Source: Podarcis muralis | Taxonomy: Eukaryota | Direction of reading: 5' to 3' | DNA length: 64,000 nt | Assembly (NCBI RefSeq): GCF_964188315.1 | Contig: NC_135659.1 | Location: forward strand, 37,944,001 to 38,008,000 | Shown here: piece after piece, positions 12,343 through 24,068 of the stretch | Layout: the number at the start of each line of letters is the position of its first letter | Position numbering within the stretch: the stretch's first letter is position 1 | Translations under genes and position numbers: made by a program | Notes under the pieces: generated by a model | The model's database searches: none | What the model was told of the DNA's origin: nothing | What the model saw: the letters and a program-made list of their open reading frames with translations, nothing else

Positions 12343-12614
12343 TCTCATTTATTTCTGCCAAGTGAGCTTTAGGAGCTGCCACCTACTAATTATGTTGAAC
12401 TCGCCACTGTATGATGTGTTTTCTTCCCAAACCTTTCATTATACCTGTCATGTGAACTTTAAACACTTGGAATATCATAAAGCTACAGTTATAAAAACAC
12501 AGGAAAGATTAATAATGATATTACTTATTGTCAAATGAACTGTTAGGAAAGATAAACTGAAATACGGGCAGGCCAAATGAAAAATGCTAGTTTATTGGAA
12601 GCTGATGGCTAAAG

Positions 12615-12842
12615 CAGGAGTTGCCAACCTTTTGGGGCCGGGAGCACATTTGCAAACCAAAGAATCTCTTCTGGGCACCACACATACCTCCAAACCAAGA
12701 ACACACCAAAGTCGATTCCATTGGCTATAGAAGAGTGCTTCTTTCAAGCCCAATGTCAGTGTGGAGGGTACAGGGGAGGAAGAGGACACCGCGGGCACTA
12801 TAGAAGGCATCTGTGGACATTTGTGCACATTGGTGACCCCTG
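12615..12842. mobile_element. Old hAT (Charlie/Buster-like) MITE
   Basis: Degenerate TIRs CAGGAGTTGCCAA / TTGGTGACCCCTG. Flanks GGCTAAAG / GTCTGAGG match at 5 of 8 positions. Confidence 0.6.
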
Positions 12843-13085
12843 GTCTGAGGTATCACTCTGCAAACCATAACTGTATTTCTTGATCCTCTATCAGGTATGT
12901 GTAGTAACATCTTATACCCTGACCAATAAGCTATATAGATTTTGTTGACATCATAGGCATCTCATTGATGTAAACAGCAAAACTCTGTTTCAGATAGAAA
13001 TGACCTATCTGTGTCAGAAAAGTCATATTGCCACTCTTGCAAGTAGGATGTCTGCTCGCCATGCATGAATCCAAGATGGCTGAAT

Positions 13086-13232
13086 CAGTGGCGTAGCATG
13101 GGGGGTGCAGGGGGGGCCGGCCACACCGGGTGCAACACCTGGGGATTAGGGTTAGGGGGCGCAAATCCATGGGTTAGGGGGCGCAAATTACTTGCCTTGC
13201 CCCGTGTGCTGACAACCCACGCTACGCCACTG
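13086..13232. mobile_element. hAT MITE
   Basis: Perfect 12-bp TIR CAGTGGCGTAGC / GCTACGCCACTG and perfect 8-bp TSD GGCTGAAT (13078-13085, 13233-13240). Confidence 0.96.
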
Positions 13233-14050
13233 GGCTGAATATTACTCAATATTCGAGCCCTCAGAAGGAATAAAAGACCAAATACATTTCCAACATTGCA
13301 TGAACTAAGAAGAGCACACATAACATTTCCCTCATAGCATCTATACGGAATCCAAATATAGTCATTGTGGATATAAGATTTTGTTTATCATAAGACACTC
13401 TACTGAAAGTGGCAAAGCATGGGAGGTTTGTCTTGAAAACTTACAAAATTAATCATATTGGTCCCAAGGAATTTTGACAGCAATTAGCTAGATACTACAT
13501 CTGTTGAAACAGTGCTCATTCAACTTCTGTTCTGGAAGAGAATTCTTGACAGACTGTTGTGTTGTGTTGTGGCAACATCCATGATGCCCTCATTTGCATT
13601 GCTCTTGCTACTGATCTTTTACATACAGAGGATATATTGAAAGACTGTTAAGAAAGTGATACAAAGTAGAAGTTGAAAGGAAACCATTCAGCCTGTCAAC
13701 CTGGTGTCTTGCCACACAGGATAGCTGCATCCAGATCTAGATGATCGCAGTTCTGGGCCTGACATTTCTTAATGTTATACATACTCCCATTATACCGCCA
13801 GTGGAGGAGACTGTTACAGATTCCTATTGCCCCAAGCTGAACATATGTCTATGTGCTTCATTGCATATGAGCTATATATTATTAATATCCAACTTATATC
13901 CACATGCTGGATTTTTAAAAAGAGTGAGACTCATTATAACGTGAACAAGCAGGTTAGTGACAATTACATTGATTTTAGTAATGTAACTCTACTATGAAGG
14001 TTTTGTTTTGTTTTGTTTTTTGATGCCTTCCCCAATCTAGTGCCCTCTAG

Positions 14051-15289
14051 GAGGGAACCCAAAAGGCTGTATAATTAATGGACATCTAATACAGGAAGTT
14101 AAGCACTTCAATTATCTGGGAATCACATTCAAAAATAATATGAATTGGAATACACATATATGTGCTGCAATAGTTAAGGCCAAAGTGACAGCCCACCATA
14201 TTAAATCCTATTTTTTTTCTCAAGTAGGAAACCGATTTATTCCAGCTGTATTGCAAGTGATTGACATGAAACTCTGTGCCCAACTTCTATACGGCACACC
14301 AGTGTGGATTTCAGGTGACCTCAAGAGGTTGGATAAATTTCACGCATCCCTTCTGAGGTCATTATTAGGACTTACAAACTCTGTAAAATATGAAACAATA
14401 TGTTGTGGGCTGGGAATACTGCCTTTATCAGTAAGAGCATGGCTGAGGACCTTGAAATATTGGATCTTCCTCCATTATAGAGCCCTATCCCCTAATTCTA
14501 TACTTTACGATCTTTTAAGTGATACTGCAATCTACAATCTATCATTGATTTGTAGGAGAAAACTGGATTCGATAGGGCTCACTCTAACTGATTTTGAAAT
14601 CTCTGATCCCAAAGATATATGGGAAATTATCAGGAAGACCCTCACAGAAAAAAGTGTTCTCGCCATGCTTGAGGTTGCAAAGCACAGCACCTGCTCTCCT
14701 ATCCACCTAAATCTCCCTTTGTGTAGAGATTTCCAAAAGGGATACATGACAAATCTGAAGAAACATGAATTGTGTAGGCTGTTTATGTTGGCCAAATTTA
14801 ACATGTTTCCCTCGGCGGTAGTGAGAGGAAGATACTTAGCTATCCCAGAATCAGAGCGTCTCTGCAAATGCAGAAAACAGGAACCCGATACTCTAGAGCA
14901 TATATTCTTTTCCTGTGATTTTGGCAGCTATGCCAGAGGACAATTATTTGAGGCCCTAAAATTTAATAGACAGATTTTTACACAACCAACTGTTCAGGAC
15001 CTGCTGGCGGACAGTGATGATCAAATTACCTTAATAACGGCTGAATTTTTAAGTGCTGTCCATGAAGAAAGAGTGGGCCATGGTAAAGAGACTTAGTGGT
15101 TTTTAATGGTAGGTGATGTTGCTGTGTTGTATTATATTATGTATGTACATCGATTTATTTCTTGGAGTTAAGAATAGGACTGGGTTAAATTGTGTTCACT
15201 GAGCCCGTATTTTATACAGTCTGTATATGATGTTTGTTTGTTAATGTGAGATGCGATATGCCTAATAAAGGATTTTGAATTGAATTGAA
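14051..15289 (+). mobile_element. 5'-truncated non-LTR retrotransposon, best guess RTE-X-like
   Basis: 13-bp TSD TAGTGCCCTCTAG (14038-14050, 15290-15302). 3' end AATAAAGGATTTT followed by (GAATT)n. ORF carries RT and C-terminal Cys/His motifs. Clade assignment is from memory. Confidence 0.9.
14140..15096 (+). CDS. LINE ORF2 C-terminal fragment (end of RT domain, thumb and Cys/His zinc-binding region), 318 aa; frame is open back to the truncation point at ~14050
   Basis: In-frame upstream INGHLIQEVKHFNYLGITF (RT F.YLG motif), then LLYGTPVW, LLRSLLGL, GILPL and GRYLAIPESERLCKC...DTLEHIFFSC. No stops. A truncated retroelement remnant, not a host gene. Confidence 0.85.
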   Translation: MNWNTHICAAIVKAKVTAHHIKSYFFSQVGNRFIPAVLQVIDMKLCAQLLYGTPVWISGDLKRLDKFHASLLRSLLGLTNSVKYETICCGLGILPLSVRAWLRTLKYWIFLHYRALSPNSILYDLLSDTAIYNLSLICRRKLDSIGLTLTDFEISDPKDIWEIIRKTLTEKSVLAMLEVAKHSTCSPIHLNLPLCRDFQKGYMTNLKKHELCRLFMLAKFNMFPSAVVRGRYLAIPESERLCKCRKQEPDTLEHIFFSCDFGSYARGQLFEALKFNRQIFTQPTVQDLLADSDDQITLITAEFLSAVHEERVGHGKET

Positions 15290-16280
15290 TAGTGCCCTCT
15301 AGATGTTTTGGACTACAACTCCCACCAGTCTCAGCTAACACAGCCATGCTGGCTGGGGCTCATGGAAGTTGTAGTCCAAATCATATTTCTAGAGAGCACC
15401 AGGTTTGAGATGACTGGAGTAGACTACCTGAAGCAAAACACATTGAGAGCTTCTGGCAGTGAGCTATCTTCAGAGTTACGTCTTGTTTGTTTTACCCTTC
15501 TATAGAAAAATAATCTGACCCAGCTCTTGGTGTAATGGTGGTGAGGCTTTGCTGTCTGCTTGTACCACCATTTTGCATCTGGCTGTAGCTGGTGAATCTC
15601 CAGATCTATCCAGCTTGAATTCTGCATTTGCTCCTGACATAGACATTAAGGTCTGCTATTAAAATCAAACATGAGCTGAACACAATGTTAAACTTCCTCG
15701 CATTTTTCTGTGGGAAAGTTGAAGCTTGACTCCAGCTCATGATCCAGCACACAGCAATAAAACATTCCATTTAATTTATCACACTTCTGGTAAGGAGAAT
15801 TACTTATTCATTTAGCACCTGATACTCCAAAAATGTAAGTATGCACTTGACTCCATTGGAAGCACTCTTAGCTCAAAGTTAGATGCATATGGACGCATGA
15901 CAATATCGGAAACTTACTTTCGGGGGGAGGGATCCGTGTGGTTTCTAGACAGATAAGAAAATAAGCTATGAAGAAACTTTAATAAGAGTGTTACCCAAAG
16001 GGAGTATTTGAGTTCAGTGATTAATGGCAAGGATTCTGCTTAATTGCAACAGTAATTCTACTTAATTGGGACTTCTTCAGGCTATGGAGTGATCCTCAGC
16101 TGTTTTTCTTGAACTCTTACTTTTTTCTCTAATCTGATTCTCCATAGATATGCATGTAAATATCTGTTTATACTCTATATAGAACTTCTTCAAACAATCC
16201 AAGGTTTTAACGCAGTTTAACCATGCTGATGGAAGCAATTCTGTAGTTTGCACCTGCAGTTTTCAAGACAGGAGACTGTG

Positions 16281-16373
16281 CAGTGCAAGTCTAGGCATAC
16301 TTCGTCTCAGAAGTAGGTCTCACTGTTTTCAATGGTACTTACTCTCTAGTAAGTATATTTGGTATTTCAGTCT
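16281..16373. mobile_element. Ancient short palindromic MITE-like repeat
   Basis: Pattern GTGCAA..CTA...CTCAGAAGTA..TCAATGG.ACTTACT. Relatives at ~32769, 43965, 54140, 54415 and 60072. Confidence 0.55.
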
Positions 16374-17261
16374 TAGGGCAGAAGCTAGAATCATTCAAAT
16401 TATGTTGTCCTTGGCTTCAATGGAAAATAGATGAACCTCTTTCTTAGTTGTGCTTTGTCTCTTTTCCCGATGAGAAAAAATACAATTGCTATTCTTCTGG
16501 CTTGTATATTTCTCTTTATTAGCATTTTCTATGCTTCTCTCTATGTATCCCTTATCAAGGGTGCATTTGGATGGTAGTTTATTCCATCCCCCCAACATTT
16601 CATTGTCCATTTCAGTATTACATTTGAGCTTTCACATGACGTAAAAGCCACTTCTGGAAATACAGGGGAATCTAGTGGAAGTTCAGTTCTAATTTTTGTG
16701 TTAATTTGTTCCAGAAACAATCCATTTGCAACCCCCTGAATGCAGGAAATCTTGGGAGCAAATGAGAAAATTTGGGATGGTCTACCAGCATACAATTCTT
16801 TCCTGCCAATTTCCATGGGGAACAGAAGCACACATGTGTGAAAAGGTTGGGGGAATAGCGACATGGACGTTGTGCAACCCCACTGGTGTGAGTGAAATTT
16901 AATGTGGCGTGCTATTGGTCAAAAAGGCACAGTTCTGCAACAGGTACTGCACTGCTACAGGAACATTAGAACATTAGAAAATGAGACAGAAGAGCTAGCA
17001 TTATAATCAGGAAAACCAAGGCAAAAATTCCCCGCATCTGAATGCACCCTAAGTCTGCATGCTCTTTAAGGAAAAGAGTGCTTATTCTAAATCTCTGGCT
17101 GTCAACTTCATGCCACATTCTTTGGAATAATTCCTGATATCCCCTTTCTAATCATAGTTAGAAAAAGAAGCCCTTGAAATATTACATGCAGTAATATTTG
17201 TTGTGCTGCTTCCTCTGCAGCCATAAGTGCCATAATCTGCTTGAGAAGGTCTTTTGTTTCC

Positions 17262-17269
17262 TTCTCTCT

Positions 17270-17315
<46 letters not shown>
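17262..17315. repeat. (TC)n microsatellite
   Basis: Direct reading. Confidence 0.97.
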
Positions 17316-17317
<2 letters not shown>

Positions 17318-18263
17318 ATAACTAGCCTGTGTTTTCAAATCTAAGCAACAGAGATCAAACATCAAAAAGATGGTGGAGTTTATCCAAACAGAACTAAGCC
17401 TTCTGGGGCTGCCAGCCACCCTGCCCAGAAGCCCCTGGTAGATGAGCTGCCACTGGGCTGTGTGCCACAGTAGCTGCAATTTAATATCACTCATCAGTGG
17501 AAAACACCAGACTACACACCCGAATAGAGCCCTCAGAACAAGTGGGGGGGTTGGCCAAAGAGGATAGGAAAGCAGCTTACACCAGCACCAATGGCAACAT
17601 TATTTTGACAAGATAAAGCACCAGAGCACTAAAACTGAAACCGTTGCTTCATTATTCAGCCAGAGACAAAGGGATGGAGAGAGGAGAGAGAAAGAGGGGG
17701 GGGGGGGAGAGAGAGATATAGCAAAAGCAATTTCTGTACCTTCGGCGAGTCGGCAACAAAAAAACCAAAGGCACTTCCTCTCTTGATGTTGTACTAGAGC
17801 GACGAGCCAGCATGACTGTCCCCAAGGAGCCATGACTAATGACACCGAAAAGGATCAGTTTCCCCCATTCAATACTGTAAACTTTTTTCTCTCTTTCTTT
17901 TTACAGAAATGCTAGTCAGATGCCAAGAAAAGATGCTTCTCATCATGGGTGCCTTTTTGTTAGAGAAAGAGGAGAGAGAACAGAACTTTGCTAAGTGATC
18001 ATTATGTTCCACTGATGTATAAATAAAGGGAGAAGTAAATACAAAGAGTGGCATTTGCACAGAAATGGACTTTTGTGGACTGGGACAGGCTAGATTTATG
18101 ATAGTTTCATGTTTGTTCATCCTTGATGCTTTTTGTTTTCCTTCATAGAGGCTAGGAAAAAAAGCTAGCTACCATTCCACTATATAAGAGATTACTATTT
18201 GCCATATACATCCGTATTATCCAAATACCTTTGTTTGGTTGCTTTTAGAACTTACGATGATCA

Positions 18264-18757
18264 CAAGATCTACCCACCCTGGAAGAATGGCAGATGAAGG
18301 TGATGGACTATATGGAATTGGCGGAAATGACTGGCAGAATCCGAGACCAGGGAGAAGAGTCGGTGGAAGAAGATTGGAAGAAATTTAAAGACTACTTACA
18401 GAAATATTGCAAAATTAATGAATGTTAAAATGATGTTGGATTGAAATTAAGTGGTTTCTAGCTGTAATGGTATAAAAGAATATGAAAAAATGGTTTTTTA
18501 ATAGGTAAGAATTTAATGCTATAATAATTTAAGATTAAAGATCAGGATAAAATAAAGAGGGAAAGGAATTGCTGAACTAATAAATTGAACTGGAATACAA
18601 AAAAGGGAGGTATGAGGAGGTCCAGGAAACAAGTAAATGAAAAATAAGCGATGGAAAGATTGAATTGTTTTTAACTATTTTTATTTTGTATTTTTTCTTT
18701 TTTCTTTTTCATTTTGTAATATTGTAAAAACTTTAATAAAAATTTATATAAAAAAAA
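18264..18757 (+). mobile_element. 5'-truncated L1 (LINE-1) 3' end
   Basis: 18-bp TSD TAGAACTTACGATGATCA (18246-18263, 18758-18775). Open frame QDLPTLEEWQMKVMDYMELAEMTGRIRDQGEESVEEDWKKFKDYLQKYCKINEC* (18264-18428), then a T-rich 3' UTR, AATAAA and an A-rich tail. Confidence 0.9.
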
Positions 18758-20222
18758 TAGAACTTACGATGATCAGAAATCTATTGGTAAGTGGCTCCAT
18801 TACATCCATCCCTGTCATTGTCCTATATACAGTGCAACTCTCTTGGCCAATTATCTGGCTAAAAAACAATGCTACTATTTTGCAGTGCTCCATGAAGGCG
18901 CTATAATGTTTGAATGTTGCTTATAATATGGATCAAGCTGGTTAGAAGAGCTTCTGTGCTAGTAGCCACCAGGAAATTTTGCTGCTGGTATGAGGATTCT
19001 GCACAAATTTAGACTGCTCCAACTGACTGACCACTGTTAGAAACTGAATGCTGGAGTAGGTAGATATTTCGCCAAATCCACAAAATTCTACTCATGCTTA
19101 CTCATGGACTTTTCCTGATGTACTACTTAGCATTAGAGACCGAAGGGTTTGTGCCTGGCTATTACAGGAAGTATTATATTAGGGAAAATAGCTTAGCAAA
19201 TATTCTGTGTATTAAGCAAAATTGAAATTCTCACTAAAATGCTAATGAATTTTTATGACTCCTTTATTTTAAAAAAATTACCAACTGCTTTGTTTGTGAA
19301 TTGGAAAAATAAATTGGAATTCTGAATTGTAGAAATGAGAGAAACTGAAACTGACAGATCTGCCCCAAAGACCCCTGAATGAGATAATGTCATGACATAG
19401 TATGACTTCAAGGCATTCTAAGATTTTTCCTCTTTTTGGCATTCAGATAAGACTCAGATGTAAAACACTGGAAAATGTTTTCCCCTTTTCACAAATAACA
19501 TTCAGACTCTCTGTCTTGGCTTTCTTGTGTAGCCGGTTTCCAAATCCCTGGTGTGTTTTTACATGGTAATAGAAAGAACAACGACACCAAATAAAATCTT
19601 TCTGAATTGCTGTCTGAAGCAACAAGTGTTCCTAAGAAATTTCATGGCAGGAAGGGCATTCTTCAGGCTAAAGTGATTACAATGGAAACATTCAAAATCA
19701 ATTAGCTGCTGTTTGGGGCCTGGATAGCAGCTTTTCAGTAGACATTTGGCCAGTGGTGCTGAATGTATAGAAGTGGCGGCCAGGTGGTCCCAGTTTGCCT
19801 TGTGGCCTTTTCCCTCCTTCTGCTTAGAACAGATCTGCAGAACGTGTGCTATTAGAGTGAGCCAAAAGTAGTTTTAAAATGTTCTCTATAAATCTCAAAC
19901 ATGTGTTTGGCAGAATTAACACACTGAATGACCAGTTTGGTGCAGGAGCACATTAATTTAAAATAATTAATTTTCCAAGTCAATAAACAGGCATGGCTAT
20001 TTTCATACAAAAACCAAAAATCCATTTATGGGCAGAAGGGAGGCGAGAGAGAGGGGGGGGGAGGGAGGGAGGGAGATTTGTATCCATCACTCTACAACAG
20101 GGATAGAGGCCATCAAGTCCTCCAGATCACACCCTTCTCCCCAAGCTATACCTTTCACCAGCCATGCTCTGCACCCTTATTGAGTGCTTTTGCCTGGCTG
20201 GAATATCCTTGAACTTTCTGAG

Positions 20223-20223
<1 letters not shown>

Positions 20224-20258
<35 letters not shown>

Positions 20259-20270
20259 GCTGCTGTTGTT
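20224..20270. repeat. (TTG)n microsatellite with CTG interruptions
   Basis: Direct reading. Confidence 0.97.
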
Positions 20271-20949
20271 ATCATGCATATGTAAGCCATTGGATGAATA
20301 AAAACTGACAGTAGTACTGAAATAAAAAAAATTCTAGTCCAAGAATATGGTTCAAAGGCTTTACTTACAAAACTTAACATCAAACAACTTTTTTAAAAAA
20401 TACATTCACTTCGTTGTATAATTTCTTATACTGGTGCTAGCATAAGGCGAGATAACTAAGATTACAAACATCTCACATCCTGAGATAAAATCAAACCTCC
20501 GTCACTCCTCCATTGCATATTCTATTAGCTTCTGGTTGTTTACTGGAGACAGAGATTAACATGCCCATTCTCTTTAGCAGCTTGGAACAAAGAGCTCACA
20601 CCCAAACATGGATGCCTACCAAATTAGCATATGCATAGACCTGCAATACTATCTCTTTCATGTGACGTTAAGCACCTTGTGGCTGGGCCAGCAGAGATAC
20701 AGTCCCATGATATAGAGCTGTTAATGATTAACTTGGTATACTCTTCTTCAGCTTCATGGAGATTTCCAGTCATGCCTCACAGTATACAATACAGATACTT
20801 TGTATAATTATTTCCCATTTCAATGCACATTTAACAATTATACTTAACAGAGCTGTGATGATGCCTTTGGTTGCCTGAATGGAAGCTGGAGAGATGTGTA
20901 AGAGAGGGAGGGAGGGAAGGAGGGAGAAGATGCATGAGTGTAGAAAGCT

Positions 20950-21106
20950 CTTCCTTTTGGTTGGCTGGAATGCAGCCAACTGTACAAAAGAAGCAGCCAT
21001 ATCTGTTGCTCCACCCACTTTGCTCCTCCAACTGCTGGCATGTGGCTCTCAGAAGGTGGCCCACAAGGGGATGAGGCCCTTGGACAGAAAAGGTTTTCCT
21101 GCCCCT
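20950..21106. mobile_element. Right part of a degenerate hAT MITE
   Basis: Ends in AAAAGGTTTTCCTGCCCCTG, a Charlie-like terminus. Left end not found. Confidence 0.45.
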
Positions 21107-23776
21107 GTTCAGCAACATAGTAGGTTCATCAGTCATCTTGCTACACTCAAAGGCACCCAGGGTTCAGTTTGGTTGGGATGCAATTGGTTGGGATGCATAA
21201 TTGTTTGGATGCAAGACAAGGACCTCTCACTTACCTTTTCGAATCTAAGGCATTTTTGAGCAAATACCTAATTCCATTTTTAAAAAATTGGTCAAGAGTG
21301 ATAACAACAGCAGCAACAACAATCTGTGATCGGTTCAGTAAGAAATGGAAATGGAACCAACAAGAGAAGGATTTGAAAGCCCTAGAAGAAAATTATAATA
21401 ATTAGCAAATGGTGTACAGCATTTAAGCAAAATTATTTCAGAGAGTATCCAACAATGAAATGCAAATAAAATAAAACAAAATATAAAAATATAATATTTG
21501 TTATTCAATGGTTATGGTTTTGTTTTTCATTCTTATCCACACTGATTACAATCTTGATTTCTTTAAATAAATTCATTTTTCATTAAGATATAGATAAAGT
21601 TATTTAGTAAGAAACTTTTGGGTTTTTTTCCCAGACACTTGAAGTTCTGCAAATGGGTCATGGTGACTCAGATACTATGGCAACAGACCAGCTATGAAAA
21701 TAGATAGTTTCTTAGAAGATGTAAAAATAATGGTATCATGACCTTCTTGATATGCCTTGTGGTCTTTAAAGTACTTCAAGATACAATAGCTTGGATACTT
21801 GCACATTTTGAGGCATATTTCCAGTCAGATTTCCTTGAATCTGTGTAAAATTAGAAGTAAATTAATGCAGTGCAACATTCTTACATGAAGCAAATACGTG
21901 TAGCCTGGCAAGTGTTAGAATCTTCAGCCCAGTATAGATTTTGTAGGTCAGAGTCTAATAGCTCTAGGCAAAAGAAAGTTAATACATGTCAAGTGGTGGC
22001 ACATGCATTCTCCAGTGGAGTCCCTAATGAGTCGTCAAATCTCTGGAACTGCATAATTAGAAAAAGAGATGCTAGATCACCTCCTTTGGAAGAATTACAC
22101 TTATGTGCATGGGTGTGAGAGAAGATACCAGAAATTAATATATGAAAAGCTATTGTAAGGTCACCTAGTTCAGCCCCTTGCACTGAGACAGGATTAGTTA
22201 TGTCCAACTAAAAGCCCTTAAGATTTACTCTGTGGTGAAGCAGAATGGAAGGCGGGGAGGGGGGAATGAATGCATGTATTTTGTCACAAACAGAGAACGT
22301 GAAGAACAAGTATGCACCAATCTTACAAGTAGAGAAATCCAGAGAGATAAATTTAGTTATATTTAGAACACCTGTGATCTAATCAGTGAAGCTGTTGATG
22401 ATCTTGTCACTTACATCTCTGCAGTGAAGGGGATACGTCCATATTTCTGTGGAAGCTTGTCAGTTTTACCGCTGTTTCTTGCAGCCTTTGAAAACAATTC
22501 TGGGAGTTCGAGCAATATGTTGTCCACTTCAAAGGCTGCAAAAAGTACCTTTATAACTGACAAACCTGGCTCCTTTCAATGTACGAAGGCAACGGACTAT
22601 GGGTTTCAAAGCCCCAGCAACAGTGAAAACTGTCAGGATGCACATATCACCAGACTGCGTGAAATGATTTGCCTCACACTTTCCACAGATGAAGAATGAA
22701 ACTTTTAAGGAGGAAGCTCTCTTTTGATCTGTAACAATAACGTTAGTAACACAGTGAAGGAAGCATGTAGAAAGGATTACAGTGTTTCAAATTGAGAAGG
22801 GGAATGAGTAGACAGCAAATGGCTGAACAAATGAGCACTTTCCATGAACAATTTGGGAACTGTTGCCAAATGAAGTCGGTGCCCCAACACCATTTGCTAG
22901 TGTGCATATGATTTGTTTTGGATCATATATCACAAATGATGGCACTGTCACCAAACCTGCTCAGATAACATCATACCTTATTGGGTTTTTGCATACAAAA
23001 GCCAGATTGGAAGTACAGTGAGACCTCAAACCAGAGAACCTTGGTTTCCATGTATTTCAGACTTTAGATATAGGAAAAGGGATACTGTGGAGACATTGTA
23101 AATGTATGTTTAGAAGTCCTGTCTTTTTGTGCCAGTACATAAACTTCCAACTGGAAACGGAGATATATGTTTGAATAGTGAAATTACATAAATAGTTTGA
23201 GACCAAGCTATTTGACGTTCCTCCTCTTCCCATATGATCCTCTCCACCTGCTGAGCTAACCTCGGAGGTTTTGTTATGTGTCTCACCACTTCCAGAAGCA
23301 CAATTGTTTGGGATGCAAGATGGCCCCAAATCTGGGGAACTCTCATCAACACGAGATTTGACTAGAAATCTCTCTTCTATCTTCAAGCCAGTGGCTAAAG
23401 GCTCCCCATTTCATATTCTTGTGGGTTAAGGTCCTGTCTCTTTCTTTAAATACCAAATTGTTTTACCCTGCTTTCACTTTTAATGTATGAAAATTATTTT
23501 AGATTTTTTTTAACAATTTCACTGTGTTTTATGTATGTTCTGATCTTTACGTAAGCTATTTTTATAAATGATATAAATAAATAAACCTTGACAAAACAAC
23601 ACTAAATCTCCTTCCAGAAAACTAACACATATTTCTTCCTGCAACATCCAAATTTCCTTAAACTCAGATATATTGATTAGTTGGTTTGGTGACTATCAGG
23701 TGATTGATTAATTCTAAGTTGGCATGGGATAATGGCTGAGCTTCCAATAAGGAAGTTTGAACCTCACCTTTACTGT

Positions 23777-24068
23777 GAGAGCCAGTGTGGTGTAGTGGTT
23801 AAGAGCGGTAGTCTCGTAATCTGGGGAACCGGGTTCGATTCTCCGCTCCTCCACATGCAGCTGCTGGGTGACCTTGGGCTAGTCACACTTCTCTGAAGTC
23901 TCTCAGCCCCACTCACCTCACAGAGTGTTTGTTGTGGGGGAGGAAGGGAAAGGAGAATGTTAGCCGCTTTGAGACTCCTTAAAGGGAGTGAAAGGCAGGA
24001 TATCATATCCAAACTCCTCCTCCTCCTCCTCCTCCTCTTCTTCTTCTTCTTCTTCTTCTTCTTCTTCT
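23777..24068 (+). mobile_element. Full-length Squam3-type (Squam3C-like) tRNA-derived SINE
   Basis: A box TGGTGTAGTGG (23788), B box GGTTCGATTCT (23832), body ...TTAGCCGCTTTGAGACTCC, tail (CCT)n(CTT)n, probable short TSD CTGT(GA). Confidence 0.93.

Larger units (their letters stand above)
14023..15416. mobile_element. hAT-type MITE split by a LINE insertion (halves ~14023-14050 and ~15290-15416)
   Basis: GCCTTCCCCAATCTAGTGCCCTCTAG resumes after the insert as ATGTTTTGGACTACAACTCCC...GAGCACCAGGTTTGAGA. Same broad family as 25665-25801. Confidence 0.85.

Noticed and set aside
12074-12382. ORFs spanning N runs (also 51197-51508)
   Set aside because: Artefacts of assembly gaps.
20030-20075. (GGGA)n G-quadruplex-like tract
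   Set aside because: A common low-complexity purine run with nothing to indicate function.
21250-21600. Possible old L1 3' remnant
   Set aside because: Only a vague W/K-rich frame and an AT-rich tail. No TSD or clear motif.
23777-23850. tRNA gene
   Set aside because: The A/B boxes belong to a SINE head that continues into a SINE body and microsatellite tail. The same applies at 44056 and 8200-8352.
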